Assembly (NCBI GenBank): GCA_021157625.1
Contig: JAGGWD010000005.1
Location: forward strand, 2,118-66,117
DNA length: 64,000 nt
Reading direction: 5' to 3'
Source: a bacterium
GTDB lineage: Bacteria > Patescibacteriota > Minisyncoccia > Minisyncoccales > JAGGXC01
In this document: piece after piece, positions 8,501-16,869 of the stretch
Layout: the number at the start of each line of letters is the position of its first letter
Numbering within the stretch: the stretch's first letter is position 1
Notes under the pieces: model-generated
Seen by the model: the letters and a program-made list of their open reading frames with translations, nothing else
What the model was told of the DNA's origin: nothing
Database searches by the model: none
Translations under genes and position numbers: made by a program

Positions 8501-10228
8501 ATGTCAAGAAGTTCCAAAAAAATCGAAAAAATCCGTCACTCCCTTGCTCATATCTTGGCTTTGGCTGTAAGTTCTCTATATCCAAAAACAAAGTTCGGGA
8601 TTGGACCACCAATAGAAAATGGGTTTTATTATGATTTTGACCTTCCAAAGAAGATTACTCCTGAGGATCTCGGAAAGATTGAAGAAAAAATGAAAGAGTT
8701 AATTAAAAAAGATATTCCCTTTGAGAAAAGAAAGCTAACGAAAAAAGAAGCAAAGAGGATATTTAAGGATCAACCTTATAAACTGGAGTTGATAAATGAG
8801 CTAGATGAAGAAGAGGTAACTATCTATAAAAGCGGTGATTTCATAGATTTATGCCGTGGACCTCATATAAAATCTACCAAAGAAATCCCGATCGATGGTT
8901 TCAAATTAACAAGAATAGCAGGAGCGTATTGGAAAGGAGATGAGAAAAACAAGATGCTCACACGGATTTATGGAATAGCATTCGAAAATAAAAGAAAGCT
9001 TAATGAATATTTAAAGAAAGAAAAAGAAGCAGAAAAAAGGGATCATAGAAGATTAGGTGAACTGCTTGAACTCTTTTCTATCAACAAAGAAGTAGGAGCA
9101 GGACTTGTCCTTTGGCATCCAAAAGGTGCTATGCTTCGGCAGATTATCGAAGATTATTGGATAAAAGAACATTTAGATAATGGTTACGAGATTCTAAGAA
9201 CGCCTCATATAGGTAGTTTGAGATTGTGGGAGAGATCCGGCCATTTGAATTTTTATAGAGAAAATATGTATTCCCCTATTGAGATTGATAAGGAAAAGTA
9301 TATGCTTAAGCCAATGAATTGTCCTTTTCATATAAAAATATACGAATCGAAGATAAGGAGTTACAAAGAATTACCTATCAGATGGGCTGAATTAGGAACT
9401 GTATATCGATACGAAAAGTCAGGAGTACTTCATGGTCTTACCCGGGTGCGTGGTTTTACTCAAGATGACGCTCATATCTTCTGTACTCCCGAACAGCTCT
9501 CGGAAGAATTAATAAGAACTCTTAGATTTGGATTGAAGTTTCTAAGAACTTTTGGATTTAAAGAATACGAAATATATCTTTCCACGCGTCCAAAAAAATA
9601 TATAGGTAGTGATAAAATATGGAAAAAAGCAACTAATTCTTTGAAATACGCTTTAGATAAATTAAAACTAAAATACCAAATAGATCCAGAAGGAGGCGTT
9701 TTCTATGGTCCAAAAATTGACATTAAAATTAAAGATTCGCTAGGACGATTATGGCAATGCACTACTATTCAGATAGATTTCAATCTTCCAGAGAGATTTA
9801 ACATAACCTACATTGACAAATCAGGAAAGAAAAAACAACCGATCATGATTCACAGAGCACTGCTTGGGTCAATAGAAAGATTCATAGGTGTACTACTGGA
9901 GAATTGCGCCGGTGATCTTCCTTTATGGCTCGCGCCTGTGCAGGTATGGATAATTCCTATAGCAAAACGGCATATAAAATATGCTCGGCAGATCGCTCAA
10001 ATAATGAAAGAAAACGATCTTCGAATAGAGGTAAAAGACCAATCAGAAACGGTCTCCAAAAAAATAAGAGAAGGAGAAATACAGAAAATTCCTTATATGG
10101 TGGTAGTTGGAGATAAAGAAATCGAGAGAAACTCTGTAAGGATAAGACAAAGAAAAAAAGGAGATGTGGGGATGATGCCCCTTGAAAAATTCATCCAAAA
10201 AGTTATTAAAGAAATAGAGAGAAAATAA
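8501..10228 (+). CDS. thrS: threonine--tRNA ligase (no N-terminal TGS domain)
   Basis: RHSLAH, DLCRGPH, RDHRRLG, KPMNCP, RVRGFTQDDAH, MIHRALLGSIERF. Confidence 0.98.
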   Translation: MSRSSKKIEKIRHSLAHILALAVSSLYPKTKFGIGPPIENGFYYDFDLPKKITPEDLGKIEEKMKELIKKDIPFEKRKLTKKEAKRIFKDQPYKLELINELDEEEVTIYKSGDFIDLCRGPHIKSTKEIPIDGFKLTRIAGAYWKGDEKNKMLTRIYGIAFENKRKLNEYLKKEKEAEKRDHRRLGELLELFSINKEVGAGLVLWHPKGAMLRQIIEDYWIKEHLDNGYEILRTPHIGSLRLWERSGHLNFYRENMYSPIEIDKEKYMLKPMNCPFHIKIYESKIRSYKELPIRWAELGTVYRYEKSGVLHGLTRVRGFTQDDAHIFCTPEQLSEELIRTLRFGLKFLRTFGFKEYEIYLSTRPKKYIGSDKIWKKATNSLKYALDKLKLKYQIDPEGGVFYGPKIDIKIKDSLGRLWQCTTIQIDFNLPERFNITYIDKSGKKKQPIMIHRALLGSIERFIGVLLENCAGDLPLWLAPVQVWIIPIAKRHIKYARQIAQIMKENDLRIEVKDQSETVSKKIREGEIQKIPYMVVVGDKEIERNSVRIRQRKKGDVGMMPLEKFIQKVIKEIERK

Positions 10229-10316
10229 AAAAAGAAGGATAAAAAGGTCGAGAAACAAAAATCAAAGTAGCGGAATATAATCCCGATCGAGGGTTTTATT
10301 CCGCTGTTTATAAGAT

Positions 10317-11858
10317 ATGAGAAACATCAATTTAACAGCTTACTTCAGAAAATCAATGCTCTTGGCTTTGCTGGGAACAATCCTGGTAATGGGAGGTGTT
10401 TTTGTTTTTTGCCAGCAAGCTCTAGCACAACAAGAGAGTTCTCCAGAAATAATTTCCCAGGAAATAGATGAAAGCAAAGTAATCCAAGCAGTTACTGCTG
10501 ACGAACAAGTAACTCCTCAAGATTTGGGCGTGAAAGATCCAAAACTTCTTCCTGATAGCCGATTCTATTTCCTTAAAAACTGGGCAAGAAAAATCCGTCT
10601 TTATTTGACCTTCAATCCTGTAAAGAAATTGGATTTGGAATCAAGATATGCTAACGAGAGGCTAATTGAATTAAAGAAATTGGCTCTCAAGAAGAAAAAT
10701 CCTGAGATTATCAAGAAAGCGCTCAGGAATTATGAAGATCAGATAGAGAGAATAAAATCGATCTCTGAGAAATTAAAAGAAAAGGCATCACAAAATCCAG
10801 AGATTGGTAAATTTCTTGATAAATTTACCAAGCATCAGATTCTCCATCAAAGAATTCTAAAGAAATTAGAAAACCAAGTACCCCCAGAAGTATTTCAAAG
10901 AATAAAAGAAGCAAGAGAAAGACATCTAAGAAGGTTTGGCGAAGTAATGACAAGATTAGAGAATAAAGAGAAAATACCTGAAAGATTAGAGAAGAATCTG
11001 GAGAAGCTAAAGGGTTCTAAATTTAAAAACCTTAGGAATCTGGAGGTGCTAAAAGAATTAGAAGAAAAAGCGCCCGACCAAGCAAAAGAGGCTATAAGAA
11101 AAGCTCGCGAGAAAATACTTGAGAAAACAAAGAGAAATATAGAAAACTGGTCTCCTCAAGATCTAGAAAGATTCAAAGCCTATATGGAAAAAATCAGTGG
11201 CAACAGAGAAGAACAATTAGAAATCTTAGAAAGTCTAAGATCAGAATTAAAAGAAAACCCTGAACTTAGAGAGAAACTTCAAGAAGTAAGAAAAAGAATT
11301 ATAAAACAGATCCCCAAGAAAGTAATAAAAGCAGGTTGTCCTGAAATAAAACTACCCGCTCCCGATTTTTGTAAGGAAGGAAGGATTGTTTTTGAAAGAG
11401 ATCAAAAAGGATGTATCATTTCTCTGAAATGCATTATACCGGCTGAATTACAAGCCCGCATTCCTCCAAAAGAGAAAAAGAAAGTATGTATCGCTGTATG
11501 GGATCCGGTATGTGGTAAAGATGGCAGAACTTATTCAAATGAATGTTTTGCCAAAATAGCGGGTGTGGAAATATCCTATAAAGGTGTATGCAAGAAAGAA
11601 ATGACCTGTGCTGAAAAATGTAGATCTATGGGATATAGCGCAGGAATATGCAGAAGTTGGTCAACAAGTGCATTGCTCAAGAAAGGATGTAGAGAAAATG
11701 AAGAGAATATTGGAGAAACACTGGATTGTCGTGTCGTTGAAAAAACTTCTGATATAGAAAAGGCCTGCTGTTGTGTAAAAATAAAAAAAGTACCGAGAGC
11801 TCAGCCGTTGCAAGAAGAAACCGAAAGCAAAACAGCGCCTTTCATTCCCGCAAAATAA
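10317..11858 (+). CDS. secreted coiled-coil protein with DUF5667-like region, Kazal-type domain and Cys-rich C-terminus
   Basis: Signal peptide ending ALA-Q; LLPDSRFYFLK..W..ERL motif; CIAVWDPVCGKDGRTYSNEC...YKGVC Kazal motif. Confidence 0.8.
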   Translation: MRNINLTAYFRKSMLLALLGTILVMGGVFVFCQQALAQQESSPEIISQEIDESKVIQAVTADEQVTPQDLGVKDPKLLPDSRFYFLKNWARKIRLYLTFNPVKKLDLESRYANERLIELKKLALKKKNPEIIKKALRNYEDQIERIKSISEKLKEKASQNPEIGKFLDKFTKHQILHQRILKKLENQVPPEVFQRIKEARERHLRRFGEVMTRLENKEKIPERLEKNLEKLKGSKFKNLRNLEVLKELEEKAPDQAKEAIRKAREKILEKTKRNIENWSPQDLERFKAYMEKISGNREEQLEILESLRSELKENPELREKLQEVRKRIIKQIPKKVIKAGCPEIKLPAPDFCKEGRIVFERDQKGCIISLKCIIPAELQARIPPKEKKKVCIAVWDPVCGKDGRTYSNECFAKIAGVEISYKGVCKKEMTCAEKCRSMGYSAGICRSWSTSALLKKGCRENEENIGETLDCRVVEKTSDIEKACCCVKIKKVPRAQPLQEETESKTAPFIPAK

Positions 11859-11876
11859 CACCAATCAACAGAATCT

Positions 11877-11910
11877 CCAAAAACCCTCTTCTCTAGGAGA
11901 GGGTTTTTGG
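11877..11910 (+). terminator. intrinsic terminator
   Basis: AAAAACCCTCTT-loop-AGAGGGTTTTT hairpin. Confidence 0.75.
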
Positions 11911-11951
11911 TTTATTGAAGCAAGTAAAATTTTCTGATAAGATACTCCAAT

Positions 11952-14141
11952 ATGAAATATTTTATTATTACATATGGATGTCAAATGAATAAATCAGACA
12001 GCGAGAGAATTGCTTTTTTGCTTAAGAAAATTGGTTATAAAAAAGCTCCTTCAATACAGGAGGCCAATTTAGTTGTTATTAATATGTGTGCGGTGAGACA
12101 ATCTGCTGTAGATAGAGTTTATGGCAAGATAAAAGAAATCAACAAATTAAAGAAAAAAAAGAAAATTAAAACTCTCCTGACAGGATGTATTCCAAAAAAG
12201 GACCTTGAAAGATTTAAGAATTATTTTGATTATATTCTTCATATTAAATCCTTGCCCTGCTGGAAAGAATTCTTAAAACATAAAAGTTTCTTGTACTATC
12301 CTAATTCAAGAAGTCAAACCTTTAATAGAAAATTTGATATAGTTTATCTAAAACAAAGAGCTCTTTATTCAAATAATTTCTCTACTCTGATTCCAATATC
12401 AACAGGATGTGACAACTTCTGCAGTTTTTGTATTGTTCCTTTTACAAGAGGACCACTCTCAAACAGAGATCATAAGGAGATTATAAAGGAAGCAGAAAAC
12501 GCTATCAAAAAGGGATCTAAAGAAATTTGGCTTTTAGGACAGAATGTGAATGCCTATATCTCCCCTACCGATCCATCTGTAAATTTTGCTGAATTGCTTA
12601 AAAAAATAGAGAGTATCGATGGAGATTTCTGGATTCGTTTCACGAGTTGCAATCCAAAAGATTTCTCTGAAGAATTGATTGATACGATGGCGAATTCAAA
12701 AAAAATCACTAAATATCTCAACTTGCCTGTTCAATCAGGAGACAATTATATTCTAAAGAAGATGAATAGACCCTATACTATCTCGGAATATAAAAAATTA
12801 GTTAAAAAAATTAGAAAGAAAATTCCTGATATTGCTCTCTCAACTGATATAATTGTTGGATTTTGCCAAGAGACCAAAAAACGATTCCAAAATACCGTTA
12901 AACTCTTCAAAGAAGTAAAATTTGACATGGCATATATTGCCCAATACTCTCCAAGACCAGGAACAAAAGCTGCACAAATATTTAAAGACGATGTACCCAA
13001 AGAAGAAAAAGAGAGGAGAGAGAAGATTTTGACTGAAACTCTAAAGAAGATTGCCCTCAAAAAAAACAAACAATATATTGGCAAAACGCTCAAGGTACTG
13101 ATACATAAAGCAAAGGATGGATATCTAATAGGAAAAACCAATACCTACAAAACCGTCAAATTAAAAGGAGACAAAAAATTGGTGGGAAACTTTGTAAGTG
13201 TCAAAATAACAAAAGCTACATCCTGGGGGCTTGCTGGAGAACTCTCAGAAGAAAAATATGACAAGAAATTAATTGTAATTGTAGGGCCAACTGCTAGTGG
13301 AAAGACAAAACTTGCTGTTGATTTAGCAAAAAAATTCGAGGGTGAAATAGTATCAGCTGATTCTCGCCAGATTTACAAAGAAATGAACATCGGCACAAAT
13401 AAACCTACCAAAAAAGAAATGGGAGGCATCACTCATCACTTAATAGATGTTGTAGATCCTGATCAAGAATTTAATGTCGCACTTTATAAAGAAATGGCAA
13501 TGAAAATCATTCAAGAAATCCAGGCAAGAAACAAACTACCTTTCTTGGTGGGAGGAACAGGACTCTATATTTGGGCTGTAGTTGATAATATAGAGTTCCC
13601 AAGGGTTCCACCTGACAAAAAATTAAGAAAACAATTGGAGAAAAAAACAAAAAAGGAACTTTTTGAAATTTACAAAAATCTAGACCCACAAGGCGCGAAA
13701 TTCATTGAGAAAGAAAACAAAAGGCGACTCATTAGAGCTATTGAGGTATGCAAAAAAACCAAAAAACCTTTCTGGCAACAAAGAGCAAGAAAAGAATCTT
13801 TGTTTGATGTCTTAGAGATAGGGATAAAATTAGATAAAAAAACGCTCAAGGAAAGAATTGAAAAAAGGGTAAAGAAAATGATCAAAAAAGGATTAGAAAA
13901 AGAAGCAAAGAGATTATTCAAAAAATACAAAAACAAGCCTTCGCTGGAAACCATAGGATATCAAGAATGGAAAGACTACTTTGAAGGTAAAATAGACAAA
14001 GCAGAGGTGATAAGGAGAATCATTCAAAATACAAACAAGTATGCAAAGAGACAGATAACATGGTTTAAAAAAGACAAAAGAATTCACTGGATTACTACCA
14101 AAAAAGATGCAGAAAAATTAATTAAGAATTTTCTTAAATAA
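11952..14141 (+). CDS. miaB-miaA: fused MiaB (tRNA methylthiotransferase) - MiaA (tRNA dimethylallyltransferase)
   Basis: N part: TYGCQMN, NMCAVR, TGC, CDNFCSFC radical SAM motif, TRAM domain. C part: GPTASGKT, SADSRQIY, IGTNKP, VGGTGLY, RRLIRAIEV, TIGYQE, YAKRQITW. Confidence 0.93.
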   Translation: MKYFIITYGCQMNKSDSERIAFLLKKIGYKKAPSIQEANLVVINMCAVRQSAVDRVYGKIKEINKLKKKKKIKTLLTGCIPKKDLERFKNYFDYILHIKSLPCWKEFLKHKSFLYYPNSRSQTFNRKFDIVYLKQRALYSNNFSTLIPISTGCDNFCSFCIVPFTRGPLSNRDHKEIIKEAENAIKKGSKEIWLLGQNVNAYISPTDPSVNFAELLKKIESIDGDFWIRFTSCNPKDFSEELIDTMANSKKITKYLNLPVQSGDNYILKKMNRPYTISEYKKLVKKIRKKIPDIALSTDIIVGFCQETKKRFQNTVKLFKEVKFDMAYIAQYSPRPGTKAAQIFKDDVPKEEKERREKILTETLKKIALKKNKQYIGKTLKVLIHKAKDGYLIGKTNTYKTVKLKGDKKLVGNFVSVKITKATSWGLAGELSEEKYDKKLIVIVGPTASGKTKLAVDLAKKFEGEIVSADSRQIYKEMNIGTNKPTKKEMGGITHHLIDVVDPDQEFNVALYKEMAMKIIQEIQARNKLPFLVGGTGLYIWAVVDNIEFPRVPPDKKLRKQLEKKTKKELFEIYKNLDPQGAKFIEKENKRRLIRAIEVCKKTKKPFWQQRARKESLFDVLEIGIKLDKKTLKERIEKRVKKMIKKGLEKEAKRLFKKYKNKPSLETIGYQEWKDYFEGKIDKAEVIRRIIQNTNKYAKRQITWFKKDKRIHWITTKKDAEKLIKNFLK

Positions 14142-14170
14142 AAAAGGGGTTCTTTGTAAAACCCCCTTTT
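14141..14170. terminator. bidirectional terminator between convergent miaB-miaA and the radical SAM gene
   Basis: AAAAAGGGGTT-loop-AACCCCCTTTT. Confidence 0.75.
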
Positions 14171-15749
14171 ATTTAGATTTCCCTGTCAATAACACAGGAT
14201 TTTTTCTTGCTTTCTCCCAAATATCATCGATCAACTTCTTGCCTGTTTCTCCTTCCCATTCTTTTATAGCCATTCCATATTTCTTTCTTAGTTCTTCTCC
14301 GAATCCAAGTCCATTGTAGAGACAAAAAGACATAAGACCTTCCTCGGTAATATACTGAATTACACACCTCTCTACCCTGGGTTTGAGCTGAATATTCCAC
14401 GGATCCTGGAACCACATTGAACCAATAAGAATAGTATTATAATGAAATTCTCCTAGCGAAGAGTAATCTCCTTTGATCAAGGCTTTTGCGATTATACTTC
14501 CTAAGTTCTCTAATCCTTTCGGTAGATTCTCTTTAATAATGAATTTTTTGAGATTGGTAAGTAATAGAAATCCTATCTTCAAATTTACCAACACTCCCTG
14601 TTTTTTCAAAAGATTATTGCTGACAAATTCCATAAACCTTTCAACATTGATAAATCTTGTAATAGGTACTGCCTTCTTTTGCTCTCTGTCCCAGAAAACA
14701 TAAGTAGCTCCTCCACACATTGGATTTGGCGAAAACTGAGGATATTCTTTGGATCTTATCTTCTCTATGAGTCTTCTTATAGGATCCACGAAAGGCACCG
14801 GATAAAAATCCCATCTTGTTATTTCTTTGTTAAACTCCTTTTCAAGAACTTCAAAGAGATCGACATAATCTACCCTCTGTTCTCTTAAAAACTTCTCATT
14901 AATCTGGCGGATACTTCCTGCCATCGCAATTGGTTGAAAAATCACTCCTCTAACTACATCTCTATTTTCTATGGCATATCTTACAACTTTACCCATCTCC
15001 TCTAAGTTTTGGCGATGGACTGTTGGGACCAAAACAACGCTTCTTATCCCCGCCTTTCTGAGGTTTTCAATAGCTTTTTTTGAGTATTCTATCCATGGAT
15101 TCGTCTTTTCTGTAACGCCATCAAAACTTATATAGATTGTGTTGATAAGTCCTTTTAGCTTTTTGCAGAATTCTATCTCCTCAGCTAACCTTATTCCATT
15201 TGTATTTAATTGAACATGCGTAAAGTGTTCTCTCGCAAACTTCAGAATCTCAAGAATATCCTCTCTCACAGTAGGTTCACCTCCAGTGATTTGAATTGCT
15301 ATCCCTCCTGCTTCTTTAGCAGCCAGCATCATCTCTTTTAGCACTTCTAAAGGAGGATCGTAGACATATCCTGCTCGCCCAGCATTCATAAAGCAATACC
15401 AGCATCTAAGGTTGCATCGATTTGTTACCAAAAGATTTACCAACAAAGGCCAAGAACGATGCTTTTCATAGAGCTCTTCACCTCCAGGGTATCCCAAAAG
15501 AATAGGACCTTTTGGAGCTCTTCCTATACTCTGATATCTCATCCATTTCCTCCAGAGCTGTGCATCTCTAAAAACGATATCTTCAAATCGACCATGCTTT
15601 GGACAGTTCTTTACTATCCATATTTGATTTGATTTTTCAATGAGCAATGCAGGAATGGTTTTTATTTCTCCCTCTTGAAAACAGCCAGGACAGATTGATA
15701 CTACTTGCATTGGAAGCTCGCTTTCCTTATCCTTTATATCTTCTACCAT
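14169..15749 (-). CDS. tes: radical SAM enzyme, tetraether synthase (Tes / GDGT-MAS, MJ0619) family homologue
   Basis: N-terminal SICPGC...CPKHG, VTNRCNLRCWYCF, IQITGGEPTVR, HVQLNTNG, SVVLVPT, VVRGVIFQP, DFYPVP, CGGATYVF, PITRFI, DYSSLGEFHY, MWFQDPWN...RVERCVIQY...FCLYN are all collinear with the MJ0619 family as I recall it. Start placed at the Met after an AGGTGG SD. Confidence 0.85.
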   Translation of the reverse strand: MVEDIKDKESELPMQVVSICPGCFQEGEIKTIPALLIEKSNQIWIVKNCPKHGRFEDIVFRDAQLWRKWMRYQSIGRAPKGPILLGYPGGEELYEKHRSWPLLVNLLVTNRCNLRCWYCFMNAGRAGYVYDPPLEVLKEMMLAAKEAGGIAIQITGGEPTVREDILEILKFAREHFTHVQLNTNGIRLAEEIEFCKKLKGLINTIYISFDGVTEKTNPWIEYSKKAIENLRKAGIRSVVLVPTVHRQNLEEMGKVVRYAIENRDVVRGVIFQPIAMAGSIRQINEKFLREQRVDYVDLFEVLEKEFNKEITRWDFYPVPFVDPIRRLIEKIRSKEYPQFSPNPMCGGATYVFWDREQKKAVPITRFINVERFMEFVSNNLLKKQGVLVNLKIGFLLLTNLKKFIIKENLPKGLENLGSIIAKALIKGDYSSLGEFHYNTILIGSMWFQDPWNIQLKPRVERCVIQYITEEGLMSFCLYNGLGFGEELRKKYGMAIKEWEGETGKKLIDDIWEKARKNPVLLTGKSK

Positions 15750-15840
15750 TCTCCCACCTTCTCTCATCTTTATTGATTTTCAAAAAAAAGTCAATGCTTT
15801 TGGCATTGAAAGAGGCTTCTTTGAAACTAAACAAGATTTT

Positions 15841-16863
15841 TTATTTTTCTCTTTCTATAACAAAATCTGCTATAGAATTAAGTATACGATTCCATTTGTT
15901 GGAAGGTAGCAAATTAAGACTGCGTTTTGCATTGTAAATATAACTTTTGGCCATTGTAGAAGCCTGAGATCGACTTTCTGTTTTCTGAATTAATCCTACA
16001 GCTTCCTTTATATCTTTTTGGGTAATTTCTTTTTTTCTTAGTATTCTTAGAAATCTTCTCTTGTCGGCCTGAGATAGTTTACGGAAAGCAAGCAGGATAA
16101 CAATATTGCCAAGCTTTCTCTCTTTAATATCATGACCAATTTCTTTACCAAATATTTCTTCTCTACCAAAAATATCTAAAATATCATCTTGAATCTGAAA
16201 AGCTACTCCCAAATAAAGACCATATTTTCTAAGGAGAGTACGCTGAACCTTGTTAGCACCCGCAATCAAACCTCCTACTTCACAACTTGCCTGGATCAGA
16301 CTTGCTGTTTTTTTGCTGACCATCCTAAAATAGTCTTTCTCTGTAATTTCTTTATATCGATTATTCTCCACAAATGGCTCTTCTGTACGGCCGGCTTGTT
16401 CAAACAAAATATCATAAATCTCCCCATCTACTATTGCTTTCATTGCCTTACCCAATATCTCGCATATCTTATCTTGTTTTTTCCACTGTCCTGACTTTTG
16501 AAATATAGCAGCTGCATAATCAATACTGGCTGCTTGAGTAATTGATCTTCCGAATTTGGCCCAACAGGTTGGTTTCTTTCTCCGGAGAATACTGTCATCT
16601 ATTATATCATCTATGATGAGAGTAAAATTGTGTAAAATTTCAATACTTGCAGCTGGATAGAGAACATCTTTGATCTTTCCTCCAAGCATTTTACAGCAGG
16701 CAATTGCTAACGCAGGCCTTATTCTCTTTCCTCCTGTAAGAATCGGATAATATATCACCCTTCGAGTCATTTCATCTACTCCAGAATTAAGTAACTCTTT
16801 CATTGGCGGAGTAATTCTTTTATCTACATAATCTAAAAATTTTTTCAATTCTGAATAATTCAT
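15841..16863 (-). CDS. polyprenyl diphosphate synthase, archaeal-type GGPP synthase (IdsA-like)
   Basis: GGKRIRP, HNFTLIIDDIIDD (FARM DDxxD with Phe at -5), RR, KKTA, FQIQDDILD (SARM), GKEIGHDI. Confidence 0.88.
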   Translation of the reverse strand: MNYSELKKFLDYVDKRITPPMKELLNSGVDEMTRRVIYYPILTGGKRIRPALAIACCKMLGGKIKDVLYPAASIEILHNFTLIIDDIIDDSILRRKKPTCWAKFGRSITQAASIDYAAAIFQKSGQWKKQDKICEILGKAMKAIVDGEIYDILFEQAGRTEEPFVENNRYKEITEKDYFRMVSKKTASLIQASCEVGGLIAGANKVQRTLLRKYGLYLGVAFQIQDDILDIFGREEIFGKEIGHDIKERKLGNIVILLAFRKLSQADKRRFLRILRKKEITQKDIKEAVGLIQKTESRSQASTMAKSYIYNAKRSLNLLPSNKWNRILNSIADFVIEREK

Positions 16864-16869
16864 AAATTA

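Noticed and set aside
14169..15749. MoaA or pterin dimethyltransferase annotation for the radical SAM gene
   Set aside because: No SPASM/twitch motif of MoaA; the old pterin-methyltransferase label of the MJ0619 family was reassigned to tetraether synthesis.
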